From an uncultured Candidatus Saccharibacteria bacterium (GTDB lineage: Bacteria; Patescibacteriota; Minisyncoccia; Phycocordibacterales; PALSA-1337): DNA of 64,000 nt. The DNA is taken from NCBI GenBank assembly GCA_964467225.1, contig CAYXPQ010000001.1:6812-70811 (forward strand). The letters run 5' to 3'. The position numbers and the translations under genes were made by a program. The notes below the pieces were generated by a model. That model saw nothing but the letters and a program-made list of their open reading frames with translations, was not told the origin of the DNA and did no database searches. The stretch's first letter is position 1, and every line of letters begins with the position of its first letter. This document shows positions 50,358 to 61,060 of the stretch, in pieces.

Positions 50358-52106
50358 ATGCACATAGAAGATTCACAACTAGATAAGTTTATTTTAGATT
50401 CTAATCTAATATCCAAATCTGATTTAGACGAAGCTGAGAAGCAAGCTAGGGAAGAGAATAGACGCTTGGGTGATATTCTTGTAAGTAGTGGCAAAATTAC
50501 TGAAGACAATTTGCGAAGGATGCAAGCTTATGTGCTGGGCATACCTTTCGTGGATCTTAAAAATAGGAAGATACCTTTTGAGACCCTATCAATGATTCCT
50601 GAGCCTGTGGCTAGAAATCATAGTATTGTCGCGTTTAAAAAAGATGATGGAATGTTGGAGGTGGCAATGCTTGATGTAGAAGATCTTTCTGCAATTGATT
50701 TTGTAAAAAAGAAGGTAAATTTAAAGATTCTACCTAGACTTACTGATTCTGAATCAATAAAAAACGTAATAATTCAATACCAAAAGAGTCTTAAAGCAGA
50801 ATTCGGTGATATTATACAGAAAGAATCAGAAACACTAAAAACTATAACAGAAGAAGCGGGGGAATCGTTCTCTGAAGCAGACTTAAAAAAGATTGCAGAG
50901 GATTTGCCTGTGGTAAGAATCGTAGATACATTGCTTAAGCATGCAATATTACAGAACGCATCGGATATTCACATTGAGCCAATGGATGATCAATTATTAG
51001 TTAGATATAGAATTGATGGAATGCTTCATGATGCCATGGTTCTTCCTAAGAGTGCAGAGCCATCTATAACTGCTCGTATAAAGGTGCTATCTAATTTGAA
51101 ATTGGACGAGAAGAGGTTGCCTCAAGATGGTCGTTTTAAGATCGATATGAATAATGAGAAAGTTTCTTTCCGTGTTTCTCTACTCCCAACTTATTATGGA
51201 GAGAAGACAGTAATGCGTCTTCTACGAGAAAGCGTATCTGGTTTTACATTGGAATATCTCGGTTTCCATGGAGAGGGACTAGAAAGGATTCATCATGCTA
51301 CTACTCTTACAACTGGTATGATACTTACAACAGGACCTACTGGATCAGGTAAAACGACAACTTTGTATACTATTTTGGATATTCTTAATCAGCCAGATGT
51401 AAATATTTCAACAATTGAAGATCCTATTGAATATCAAATGAAAAGAATAAATCAAACTCAGGTTAAGCCTGAAATTGGTTTTACTTTCTCAGTGGGATTG
51501 AGGACTTTAGTTAGACAAGACCCTGATGTTATTATGGTGGGTGAGATTCGAGATAATGAAACGGCCTCATTGGCGGTTAATGCTGCTTTAACAGGTCACT
51601 TGGTTCTATCAACACTTCACACTAATAGTGCTGCTGGTGCAATTCCTAGATTGATGGATATGAAAATCGAACCATTTTTACTTGTTTCAACAATAGATAT
51701 AATTATTGCACAGAGACTTGTAAGGAAGCTTTCAGAACATAAAGAAAAATATTTCTTAAGCAAGACTGAAATAGCAACATTATCAAAAACAGTTGATCTG
51801 GATAGGGTGTTGCAAGCATTAAAGGATGAGAAGGTGATTAAGAGTGCGGATTCTTGGGAGAAAATTCCTTTCTGGAAGCCTATTGCATCAAAGGACGATG
51901 ATGGTTATAAGGGAAGATTAGGTATACACGAAGTTCTGAAAGTTACACAAAGTATCAAAGATTTGATTATAAAGGGGGCAACTACTACTGAAATTGAAGA
52001 ACAAGCAAAGAAAGAGGGGATGTTAACAATGATTGAAGACGGAATATTTAATGCAGTAAAAGGTATTACAACAATTGAGGAGGTATTAAGAGTTATTTCA
52101 GAATAA
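50358..52106 (+). CDS. pilB: Type IV pilus assembly ATPase PilB/GspE family
   Basis: N-terminal GSPII_E_N domain. Walker A GPTGSGKTTT. Asp box, Walker B and His box present. Lacks the C-terminal tetracysteine. Confidence 0.9.
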   Translation: MHIEDSQLDKFILDSNLISKSDLDEAEKQAREENRRLGDILVSSGKITEDNLRRMQAYVLGIPFVDLKNRKIPFETLSMIPEPVARNHSIVAFKKDDGMLEVAMLDVEDLSAIDFVKKKVNLKILPRLTDSESIKNVIIQYQKSLKAEFGDIIQKESETLKTITEEAGESFSEADLKKIAEDLPVVRIVDTLLKHAILQNASDIHIEPMDDQLLVRYRIDGMLHDAMVLPKSAEPSITARIKVLSNLKLDEKRLPQDGRFKIDMNNEKVSFRVSLLPTYYGEKTVMRLLRESVSGFTLEYLGFHGEGLERIHHATTLTTGMILTTGPTGSGKTTTLYTILDILNQPDVNISTIEDPIEYQMKRINQTQVKPEIGFTFSVGLRTLVRQDPDVIMVGEIRDNETASLAVNAALTGHLVLSTLHTNSAAGAIPRLMDMKIEPFLLVSTIDIIIAQRLVRKLSEHKEKYFLSKTEIATLSKTVDLDRVLQALKDEKVIKSADSWEKIPFWKPIASKDDDGYKGRLGIHEVLKVTQSIKDLIIKGATTTEIEEQAKKEGMLTMIEDGIFNAVKGITTIEEVLRVISE

Positions 52107-52110
52107 GCAA

Positions 52111-53337
52111 ATGTCACATTTTATTTATAAAGCTAAAAAATCTACTGGAGAAATATATAAAGGTGAAAAAGACGCTAATGATCGTTATGAACTTTATAAA
52201 ATATTAAAAGAATCTGGTGACGAGGTTATTGATGTAAAAGAGAAATTTGGTAGTAGAATATCAATAAAAAGTAGTTTTAATTTCTCATTCTCACTCTTTG
52301 GTAAAGTTAAAGCTCAAGAAAAAATAAATTTTGCAAGAAATCTAAGCTCTATGATTACTGCAGGACTTTCTATGTCTAGAGCATTGTCAGTTATTGAAAG
52401 ACAATCAAAAAATAAATTTTTTCAAAAAATAATTTCTTCATTACAGACAGAAATAACAAAAGGTAAGACCTTAAGTGATGCTATGTCTATGTATAAAAAT
52501 GTTTTCTCTCCACTTTTTATATCTATGGTCTCAGCAGGAGAGAAGAGTGGTACCTTAAATGATTCGCTAAAAATAGTTGCTGACCAATTGGATAAGAATT
52601 ATGTTTTACAGAGAAAAGTGAAAGGGGCAATGATGTATCCAGCGATAATACTTTTTGCAATGGTACTTATCGCTATTTTGATGTTGACATATATAGTGCC
52701 GACCCTAATGAAGACATTTACTGAGTTGAAACTAGATTTGCCTATGTCGACCAAGCTTATACTTTTTACAAGTAAACTATTAATCAATAACGGATTATTT
52801 GTCTTAATTGTAGTTGTTATTCTTATTTCTTTATTTGTTTTGTGGTCAAAAAAAGAAGGAGGTAAGAAAGTAATTCATCTTTTTATATTAAAAATTCCCA
52901 TAGTTGGTAATATTATCAAAGAGGTTAACTCTGCAAGAACCGCAAGGACACTTTCTTCATTGTTAAGTTCAGGAGTAGATGTTGTTGAATCGGTCAAAAT
53001 AACAAAAGATGTTATTCAGAATATTTATTACAAAAAAATCCTGGATAAAGTAGGATTAGCAATAGAAAAAGGAGAACCGATATCAAAGATTTTTACTGAA
53101 AACTCAAATCTATATCCAATTTTCCTTGGAGAAATGATAAATGTAGGTGAAGAAACTGGTAAGATTGGAGAAATGCTTCATGGTGTAGCTATATTTTATG
53201 AAGATGATGTAGAACAGAAGACAAAGGATATGTCTACTATTATAGAACCATTCTTGATGATTATAATTGCTGCTGTGGTGGGATTTTTTGCTGTTGCGAT
53301 GATTTCACCTATGTATTCACTTGTAAATGTTATATAA
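52111..53337 (+). CDS. pilC: Type IV pilus inner-membrane platform protein PilC/GspF family
   Basis: Two T2SS-F repeats and 3 TM helices. 408 aa. Confidence 0.88.
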   Translation: MSHFIYKAKKSTGEIYKGEKDANDRYELYKILKESGDEVIDVKEKFGSRISIKSSFNFSFSLFGKVKAQEKINFARNLSSMITAGLSMSRALSVIERQSKNKFFQKIISSLQTEITKGKTLSDAMSMYKNVFSPLFISMVSAGEKSGTLNDSLKIVADQLDKNYVLQRKVKGAMMYPAIILFAMVLIAILMLTYIVPTLMKTFTELKLDLPMSTKLILFTSKLLINNGLFVLIVVVILISLFVLWSKKEGGKKVIHLFILKIPIVGNIIKEVNSARTARTLSSLLSSGVDVVESVKITKDVIQNIYYKKILDKVGLAIEKGEPISKIFTENSNLYPIFLGEMINVGEETGKIGEMLHGVAIFYEDDVEQKTKDMSTIIEPFLMIIIAAVVGFFAVAMISPMYSLVNVI

Positions 53338-55099
53338 AATCTTACAAAGAAATAAAGGATTTACTTTAATTGAAACCTTAGTTGGTGTGGCAGTATTTCT
53401 AGTTATTTCTACAGCAGTCTATCAAGCCTATGTAAGTCTTTTTAATCTTATTAGCTTAAATCAATATAAGATTGTGGCACTTAATTTAGCAAATGAGCAG
53501 TTCGAGATTGTAAGGAATCTATCTTATGCAAATGTTGGTATTCCTGGAAGTATTCCGAGTGGAAATATTCCACAAGTTCAAAATATTAATAGATCAGGGA
53601 TAGATTTTGTGGTAAGAACAACAATAAGAAATATCGATCAACCTTTTGATGGTACTATAGGTGGAATACCAAACGATACTTCTCCTGCAGATAATAAAAT
53701 GGTTGCTGTAGAAGTTAGTTGTCCTACTTGCGTAAATTTCTTTCCTTTAACATTGACAACAATAATAGCCCCCAAAAATCTTGAAACTGCTTCAGTTAAT
53801 GGAGCTTTATTGATTAAGGTCTTTGATGCAAATGGAGTTCCTGTTTCTGGTGCAAATGTATCAATAAGAAATTATCAAGCAACCACGACCATTGCTATTG
53901 ATGATATGACAAATTCAAATGGAGTCCTACAAATTGTAGACGTACCACCTGGAATAGAAGCATATGAAATATCTGTATCAAAAGCAGGGTATTCTAGTGA
54001 TAGAACTTATCCAAATGGAGCAATTGGCAACCCTACTCCTAGTAAACCACATGCAACTGTAATTGTTCAACAACTAACCCAAGTCAGTTTTTCGATTGAT
54101 AAATTGAGTAGTATTGAATTTAATAGTGTTACCAGTGATTGTATTGCTATACCAAATATTGACTTTGCTTTGAAAGGTGCAAAGCAGATTGGAACAAGTG
54201 TTTATAAATTTAATAAAAACTTATCAACCAATGGGACGGGTGTTTATTCAAGTAGTACTATTGAATGGGACTATTATACTGTTACTGGTATAGACTCAGC
54301 ATATGATATTGCAGGAATCAACCCATTAAATCCAATTAGTCTAAATCCAAATGTTAGTCAAAATGTTCTACTAATTGTTGCTCCTAAAGATCCTAAAGCA
54401 TTGCTGGTTACTGTTAAAGATAATTCTACATTATTACCACTTACTGATGCAACTGTGAGATTGAGGAAAGGTGTAGCTTTTGATGAGACTCAAATTACTG
54501 GTAGAGGATCAATCAATCAAACTGATTGGTCTGGTGGCGCATACTCATTTAATGATGGAAATATTGAAGTGGCAGATCCGATTGGAGATCTGAATTTATT
54601 AAAAGTTTTTGGACTATATAATTTAGGTGGTACGATAGAATCTACTACAATTGATACAGGATCACCAAGTAATTTTTATAATTTAAGCTGGTTACCGATA
54701 GATCAACCTGTAGGAGCAGGAACAGATAGTGTTCGTTTTCAATTTGCTACCAATGCTATTATTACAGGTACAACAACATGGGATTATAAGGGTCCAGATG
54801 GAACTTCAGCAAGTTATTATACGGTCTCAAATTCACCAATATCTTTAGCACATAACGGTGATAGATATGCTAGATATAAAATTTTCTTAAATACACTTAG
54901 TGCAACAAACACGCCTAATATATCCGATGTTTCATTTACTGTTACATCATCTTGTACACCCCCGGGACAAGTTATTTTCTCAGATTTAGATAGCGGTACA
55001 TATATTTTGGATGTAACAAAAACAGGATATAACCCATTTAGTCAAAATGTGGATTTAAATAGTGATTGGCTTGAACAAGAAGTAATTTTGAGTCAATAA
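53327..55099 (+). CDS. Large prepilin-type N-terminal cleavage/methylation domain protein (590 aa)
   Basis: Class III signal: ...KGFTLIETLVGVAVFLVI. Confidence 0.75.
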   Translation: MLYKILQRNKGFTLIETLVGVAVFLVISTAVYQAYVSLFNLISLNQYKIVALNLANEQFEIVRNLSYANVGIPGSIPSGNIPQVQNINRSGIDFVVRTTIRNIDQPFDGTIGGIPNDTSPADNKMVAVEVSCPTCVNFFPLTLTTIIAPKNLETASVNGALLIKVFDANGVPVSGANVSIRNYQATTTIAIDDMTNSNGVLQIVDVPPGIEAYEISVSKAGYSSDRTYPNGAIGNPTPSKPHATVIVQQLTQVSFSIDKLSSIEFNSVTSDCIAIPNIDFALKGAKQIGTSVYKFNKNLSTNGTGVYSSSTIEWDYYTVTGIDSAYDIAGINPLNPISLNPNVSQNVLLIVAPKDPKALLVTVKDNSTLLPLTDATVRLRKGVAFDETQITGRGSINQTDWSGGAYSFNDGNIEVADPIGDLNLLKVFGLYNLGGTIESTTIDTGSPSNFYNLSWLPIDQPVGAGTDSVRFQFATNAIITGTTTWDYKGPDGTSASYYTVSNSPISLAHNGDRYARYKIFLNTLSATNTPNISDVSFTVTSSCTPPGQVIFSDLDSGTYILDVTKTGYNPFSQNVDLNSDWLEQEVILSQ

Positions 55100-55103
55100 T
55101 ATT

Positions 55104-55724
55104 ATGAAAAACACCAAAGATAATAAAACACTAGGATTCACACTACTAGAATTGGTAGTAGTTATAGGAATTATTTCTGCGATTATTATTTCCCTTGGCA
55201 ATTTTCAGACAGATATATTCAAAAATAACAAATTCTCATTTGACTCATTAAATACTGTTCAAGATGCAAAATCTATTATCTCTACAATGGTAAAAGAATT
55301 AAGAACTGCTTCACCTGGCAGTAATGGATCATTTACAATTGTACAAGCGGCGACAAATACCCTGACTTTCTATAGTGATATTGATGGTGATCTCTTAAAA
55401 GAACAAGTTAGATATTACTTAGCCACCACAACTTTGAAAAAAGGAATTATCAAACCTACTGGTAATCCTCTAACTTATAATAATGCTAATGAAACATTTT
55501 CATATTTAGCATATAATATTAGAAATTCATCGACATCACCTTTATTTCAATATTTTGATTCAAATTATATGGGAACATCATCACCACTTACACAACCAGT
55601 TACTACCACAGATGTAAGATTGGTGAAGATAAATTTAATTATTGATATTGATCAAAATAAATCCCCAGTAATTAGGACTTATACTTCGCAGGTCAGTATT
55701 AGAAATCTAAAAGATAATTTATGA
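55104..55724 (+). CDS. Type IV pilin/pseudopilin
   Basis: LGFTLLELVVVIGIISAI prepilin motif. Confidence 0.75.
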   Translation: MKNTKDNKTLGFTLLELVVVIGIISAIIISLGNFQTDIFKNNKFSFDSLNTVQDAKSIISTMVKELRTASPGSNGSFTIVQAATNTLTFYSDIDGDLLKEQVRYYLATTTLKKGIIKPTGNPLTYNNANETFSYLAYNIRNSSTSPLFQYFDSNYMGTSSPLTQPVTTTDVRLVKINLIIDIDQNKSPVIRTYTSQVSIRNLKDNL

Positions 55725-57133
55725 AAAAAGGTTTTATTTTAGTAAATGTTCTTGTTTTCTCAGTTATTGCAATTATCGTAACGACCTCTTTAACAAATTG
55801 GGCAGCAGTAATGCTAAAAGATACTAAAAGATTAACTTATAGAGAACAAGCTTTTCAAATTGCTGAAGCCGGTATTGATTATTATAGGTGGCACTTGGCT
55901 CATGCACCTAATGATTTCAAAGATGGTCATGCTACTACAACAAATGGCCCATTCATTCATGATTTTAGAGATAAAGATAATAATGTTATCGGAAGATTCG
56001 AATTAATTATTACTCCACCACCAGTGGGTTCTACTTTGATTAGAATTAAATCAAAAGGAATTGTGGATGCTGATCCTAATTATCCCAGGACAATTCAGGC
56101 AACTTTAGCTATTCCATCTTTTGCAAAATATGCAGTGGTGGCTGGAGATATTATGAGATTTGGAGTCGGTACTGAAGTTTTTGGACCCATACATTCAAAT
56201 AATGGTATTCGTTTCGATGGATTGGCACATAATCTCATCACTAGTTCAAAGGATAAATATGTGGATCCAGATAATGGTACTGCAAATAGATTTGGGGTTT
56301 ATACAACTGTAGGTACTGTGGATCCCAATCCTCCTGCTGTAGTTCCTAGTAGACCTGATGTATTTATGGCAGGAAGACAATTTCCTGTGGCTGCAGTGGA
56401 TTTCGCTGGAATTACAACTGAACTAGCTACTATGAAGGCTGACGCTATATCTGGTGGTAGATATTTCGCAGCTTCAGGTGCACAGGGATATAATATAGTA
56501 TTAAAGACTAACGATACATTTGATCTATATAGAGTTACTTCAGTAAGAAATTCTCCTGGAGGTTGTAGTAATACACAAGGTCAAACTGGTTGGGCAACTT
56601 GGAGTATCAATAATAGGACTTTTTTGCAAAATTATACTTTACCAGCAAATGGAATAATCTTTGTAGAAGATAATGTGTGGGTAAATGGTCAGATTAATTC
56701 TGCAAGAGTAACTATAGCTGCTGGAAGATTTCCAGATTCATCATCAACTAGAAAGGATATTATTATAAATAATGATTTGTTGTATACTAATTATGATGGA
56801 CAAGATACTATAGCTTTGATAGCACAAGGTAATATAACAACAGGATTGTATAGCGATGATAGTCTTAGAATTGATGCTGCATTAATTGCACAGAATGGTA
56901 GAGTTGGTAGATTCTATTATTCTAGTTCTTGTGGTGTAAATAGTTCTAGATCCGATATAACATTGTATGGAATGCTTGGTACTAAATTAAGATATGGTTT
57001 TGCTTATACTGATGGTACTGGATATAATATTAGAAATATAATATATGATAGTAATTTGCTATACGCTCCTCCTCCAAGTTTCCCTTTGACTTCTAGTCAA
57101 TACTCAATACTGTCTTGGGAGGAAATAAAATAG
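55721..57133 (+). CDS. Pilin-like protein lacking Glu5 (minor pilin/GspK-like)
   Basis: KKGFILVNVLVFSVIAII hydrophobic N-terminus without the conserved glutamate. Confidence 0.6.
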   Translation: MKKGFILVNVLVFSVIAIIVTTSLTNWAAVMLKDTKRLTYREQAFQIAEAGIDYYRWHLAHAPNDFKDGHATTTNGPFIHDFRDKDNNVIGRFELIITPPPVGSTLIRIKSKGIVDADPNYPRTIQATLAIPSFAKYAVVAGDIMRFGVGTEVFGPIHSNNGIRFDGLAHNLITSSKDKYVDPDNGTANRFGVYTTVGTVDPNPPAVVPSRPDVFMAGRQFPVAAVDFAGITTELATMKADAISGGRYFAASGAQGYNIVLKTNDTFDLYRVTSVRNSPGGCSNTQGQTGWATWSINNRTFLQNYTLPANGIIFVEDNVWVNGQINSARVTIAAGRFPDSSSTRKDIIINNDLLYTNYDGQDTIALIAQGNITTGLYSDDSLRIDAALIAQNGRVGRFYYSSSCGVNSSRSDITLYGMLGTKLRYGFAYTDGTGYNIRNIIYDSNLLYAPPPSFPLTSSQYSILSWEEIK

Positions 57134-57151
57134 TTGTGATATACTCTTGTT

Positions 57152-57910
57152 ATGAAAAAAATTGTAATAGGTAATTGGAAGATGAATCCAACTTCATACT
57201 CTGAAGCTTTAAAAATTTTCAACTCAATAAAAAGATTTTCTTATAAATTGAATAAAATTGATGTAGTTATATGTCCTCCTTCTGTTTACGTTCATTCATT
57301 TATCAAAAAGAATAAAGATAAAATAATTGCAATTGGCTCACAGAATGTCTTCTATGAAGAGCAGGGATCATATACAGGTGAGTTGAGTGTCAAAATGTTG
57401 AGGGATATTGGTGTTACTCATATAATTGTTGGTCACTCAGAGAGAAGATCAAATGGTGAAACTGATGATGATATATCTAAAAAGATACAAATCACTTTAG
57501 CGAATGATATTCGCCCTATTCTATGTATTGGTGAAAAAGAAAGAGATTCAAGTGGCAATTATTTGAATTTTATAAAAGATCAGATCAAAAATTCTCTTTC
57601 AAAAACTAACAAAAAATTCATTAACAAATTAATTATTGCTTATGAACCAATATGGGCTATTGGTGCAAAGGAAGCTATGAGTCCGAGTGATATACTAGAA
57701 ATGAGTTTATTTATTAAAAAAGTGATTTCAGATATTTATGGCCAAGGAGAGATAGATAATATACCAATATTGTATGGTGGTTCTGTTAATTTTAAAAATG
57801 CATCGGATATTATTATACAAGGACAGGTCAATGGTTTATTAGTTGGAAGAGAGAGTGTTAATTCGATTGGTTTTATAGAATTATTAAAAGCAATAGATAC
57901 AATACAATAA
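57152..57910 (+). CDS. tpiA: Triosephosphate isomerase
   Basis: IGNWKMN and VGHSERR motifs. Confidence 0.93.
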   Translation: MKKIVIGNWKMNPTSYSEALKIFNSIKRFSYKLNKIDVVICPPSVYVHSFIKKNKDKIIAIGSQNVFYEEQGSYTGELSVKMLRDIGVTHIIVGHSERRSNGETDDDISKKIQITLANDIRPILCIGEKERDSSGNYLNFIKDQIKNSLSKTNKKFINKLIIAYEPIWAIGAKEAMSPSDILEMSLFIKKVISDIYGQGEIDNIPILYGGSVNFKNASDIIIQGQVNGLLVGRESVNSIGFIELLKAIDTIQ

Positions 57911-57911
57911 T

Positions 57912-58982
57912 ATGAAAAGCATAAAAGATATAAAGAAGCTTGATGGGGTAAGAGTTCTTGTCAGGCTAGATTTAAATGTACCTATTCAAAATAATGTTAT
58001 TGTAGATGATTTTAGAATTAAAAAAGCTTTACCATTAATTCAGTATCTTTCGGATAACGGTGCAAATCTTATCCTAATTAGTCATATTGAAACAGTTGAT
58101 AATCCCACTTTAAAGCCAGTTGCTGAATATCTAATTAAATTAGGTATTGATTGTGCCTTTGAGAAAAATTATAGAAATGTTTTAAATAATAAAAGTAAGA
58201 TTATTCTTCTTGAAAATTTAAGAGAGTATGAAGGGGAAAAGAAAAATGATAAGAAATTTGCTAAAGAACTAGCTTCTCTCGCTGATATTTATGTAAATGA
58301 AGCATTTTCTGTATCTCATAGAGATCATGCTTCCGTCTCAGCTATTACGGAATTTATACCAAGTTATGCTGGATACCAATTTGAAGAAGAAATAAAGCAT
58401 TTAAGTACTGCTTTTAACCCTGAACATCCTTTTCTATTTATTCTTGGAGGTGCAAAATTTGAGACAAAATTTCCATTATTAGAGAAATTTATTGATTCGG
58501 CGGATAAAATATTTGTAGGAGGTGCACTTGCAAATAATTTCTTCAAAGAAATGGGACAGGATATAGGTGATTCTCTTGTTTCTCCAGAAAATTATGACTT
58601 ACAAAGATTTATTAATACAAAAAAGATTGTTCTACCCATAGATAGTCTAATAAAAGACAAAAAAATAATGGATGCAAGTACTAAGACTGTTGAATTATTG
58701 AAACAAGAGATAGATAAAGCAAAATATATTTTGTGGAATGGTCCACTTGGTGCATATGAATCTGGATATAGAGCTTCTACACTTCAACTTGCAGAAATTT
58801 TAGCAGATGCAACGGCTAGAGGCGTAAAGACTATAGTTGGTGGTGGTGATACTCTAGCTACTATAGCAGAATTAAAATTAGTAAATGGTTTTACTTTCGT
58901 TTCAACTGGCGGAGGGGCAATGTTAGATTATCTTGCAAAAGGTACATTACCTGGAATTGAGGCATTAGAAAAGGGGCTATAA
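57912..58982 (+). CDS. pgk: Phosphoglycerate kinase (short form)
   Basis: RxDLNVP N-terminal motif and C-terminal GGGA/ATP-binding region. 356 aa. Confidence 0.9.
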   Translation: MKSIKDIKKLDGVRVLVRLDLNVPIQNNVIVDDFRIKKALPLIQYLSDNGANLILISHIETVDNPTLKPVAEYLIKLGIDCAFEKNYRNVLNNKSKIILLENLREYEGEKKNDKKFAKELASLADIYVNEAFSVSHRDHASVSAITEFIPSYAGYQFEEEIKHLSTAFNPEHPFLFILGGAKFETKFPLLEKFIDSADKIFVGGALANNFFKEMGQDIGDSLVSPENYDLQRFINTKKIVLPIDSLIKDKKIMDASTKTVELLKQEIDKAKYILWNGPLGAYESGYRASTLQLAEILADATARGVKTIVGGGDTLATIAELKLVNGFTFVSTGGGAMLDYLAKGTLPGIEALEKGL

Positions 58983-59336
58983 CATTGAGACAATTTTGTC
59001 TCTATTAGTTTTGAAATCTTTGGGATCTCCGGTGGTTCCTGGCTTTGGGAATATCCATATATGTGCATGTGGTACTTCTTCTCCTATGACCTTGCTCCAT
59101 ATTTCTTCTGTACCAAATGCTTTACGCTGTGCTAATGCTATCTTTCTAGCCACTTCGAAATATTCGCCGCAATTTGGTACATCCCATACCCATCTATGAT
59201 GATTCTTTGGAACTATTAGACTATGTCCTGGTGAGCGAGGATCTATACTTAGAAATACTATAAAATCTTTATCTTCATGCACAATATCCGCTGGCACTTC
59301 CTTTTTAATTATTTTACAAAATATGCAGTTGTTCAT
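58977..59336 (-). CDS. HIT family hydrolase
   Basis: CIFCKII start and histidine triad region HxHxH-like (NHHRWVW). Confidence 0.85.
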   Translation of the reverse strand: MNNCIFCKIIKKEVPADIVHEDKDFIVFLSIDPRSPGHSLIVPKNHHRWVWDVPNCGEYFEVARKIALAQRKAFGTEEIWSKVIGEEVPHAHIWIFPKPGTTGDPKDFKTNRDKIVSML

Positions 59337-59374
59337 GGGTTTATTATAACAAATGATATACTATCTATCACCCC

Positions 59375-61057
59375 ATGCCCAAATATCAGATCAGAGAATT
59401 AAGAGACGGTGACTTTATTGATAATCTACTTTTTCACCGTGGAATCAAAACCGCAGAAGATAAAGAAAGATTTTTGAATTTAAATTATAATGAGCAAACA
59501 CATGACCCTTTTCTTCTAAAAGATGCCGAAAAAGCAGCAAAGAGAATAATTAAAGCAATAGAAAATAATGAAAAGATAGTTATCTATAGTGATTATGATG
59601 CAGATGGAATCCCAGCAGGGGTTATTTATCACGATTTATTTAAGAAAATAGGATTTAAGAATTTTATAAATTATATACCTCATAGACATGATGAGGGATT
59701 CGGACTAAATATTGATGCTGTAAATCAGTTCATAGAAGATAGGGTAAACCTAATTATTACTTTGGATTGTGGTATTTCTGATAATGAGGCAGTAAAATTG
59801 GCTCAAGATAATGGAATAGATGTCATAATAACCGATCATCATGAGCCACATGAAGAATTACCAAAAGCTTATGCAATAGTTGATCATAAACAAAAAGATT
59901 GCAATTATCCAGAAAAGATACTTTGTGGTTCTGGTGTAGGATATAAGCTAATACAGGCAATTTTAAAAATTAATAGATTTAATTTGAAAGAAGGTCAAGA
60001 GAAATGGTTCTTGGATATGGTTGGAATCGCTACATTGTCAGATATGGTACCTTTGGTGGGGGAGAATCGTGTTTTTGCTAGTTATGGACTAACTGTTCTA
60101 CGCAGAAGTCCAAGAAAGGGCTTAGTTAGACTATTGAATCATTTAAAAATCAATCAAAGATATTTGAATGAAGATGATATTGGGTTCATGATTACTCCGA
60201 GAATCAATGCAGCATCTAGAATGGGAGTGCCGATGGACGCCTTTCATCTACTTTCTACTGAAAGCGATGATGATGCTAATAAATTCACAGAACATTTGGA
60301 TAGAATTAATAATGAAAGAAAAGGCACAGTCGCTTCTCTTGTAAAAGAAGTTAAAAAGATAATAAATGAAAGACATAGGGAAAATCCAAGAAATGTAATT
60401 GTTGTTGGAAATCCAGAATGGAAGCCGTCGCTACTGGGGCTTGTTGCAAATATTTGTGCCGAGGAATTCAGCAAGCCTGCATTCATATGGGGTAGGGATG
60501 GAGATAATATCATCAAGGGTTCATGTAGATCAGGCGATACCGTAAGTGTAGTGGAGATAATGAAGAACGTACCAGATGGAGTGATGATTCAATACGGTGG
60601 TCACTTCGCTTCCGGAGGCTTCGTCGTAAGTAATGAGGCAATACATCACTTTGAGGATCATCTAAATTCTGCTTTTGACAAATTAATTAAAGAGAATAAT
60701 GATATTGAGCCAGATTATATTGATTATGAATTAGATTTGGATCAAGTGAATTGGGAGATCTATTCTCAAATTGAGAAATTGGCACCATTTGGTATCGGTA
60801 ATGAAAAGCCATTATTTATTTTTAAAGATATAAAAATTGTAGGAATAAAGCATTTTGGCAAAGAACAAAATCATTTGGAATTAAATTTTAAAAGCAAAAA
60901 GGGAAATAAAATTAATGCTATGGGATTTTTTATGAATTCAGGCAGTTTTGCAAAAGAATTAAAAGTTGGAATGAATATAGATCTTGTTGCTACACTTGAA
61001 AAATCTATGTTTAGAGGTCGAGCAGAGCTAAGATTGAGAATTGTTGATATACTATAG
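59375..61057 (+). CDS. recJ: Single-stranded-DNA-specific exonuclease RecJ
   Basis: DHH motifs (DYDADG, ITDHH) and DHHA1 domain. 560 aa. Confidence 0.9.
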   Translation: MPKYQIRELRDGDFIDNLLFHRGIKTAEDKERFLNLNYNEQTHDPFLLKDAEKAAKRIIKAIENNEKIVIYSDYDADGIPAGVIYHDLFKKIGFKNFINYIPHRHDEGFGLNIDAVNQFIEDRVNLIITLDCGISDNEAVKLAQDNGIDVIITDHHEPHEELPKAYAIVDHKQKDCNYPEKILCGSGVGYKLIQAILKINRFNLKEGQEKWFLDMVGIATLSDMVPLVGENRVFASYGLTVLRRSPRKGLVRLLNHLKINQRYLNEDDIGFMITPRINAASRMGVPMDAFHLLSTESDDDANKFTEHLDRINNERKGTVASLVKEVKKIINERHRENPRNVIVVGNPEWKPSLLGLVANICAEEFSKPAFIWGRDGDNIIKGSCRSGDTVSVVEIMKNVPDGVMIQYGGHFASGGFVVSNEAIHHFEDHLNSAFDKLIKENNDIEPDYIDYELDLDQVNWEIYSQIEKLAPFGIGNEKPLFIFKDIKIVGIKHFGKEQNHLELNFKSKKGNKINAMGFFMNSGSFAKELKVGMNIDLVATLEKSMFRGRAELRLRIVDIL

Positions 61058-61060
61058 AGC

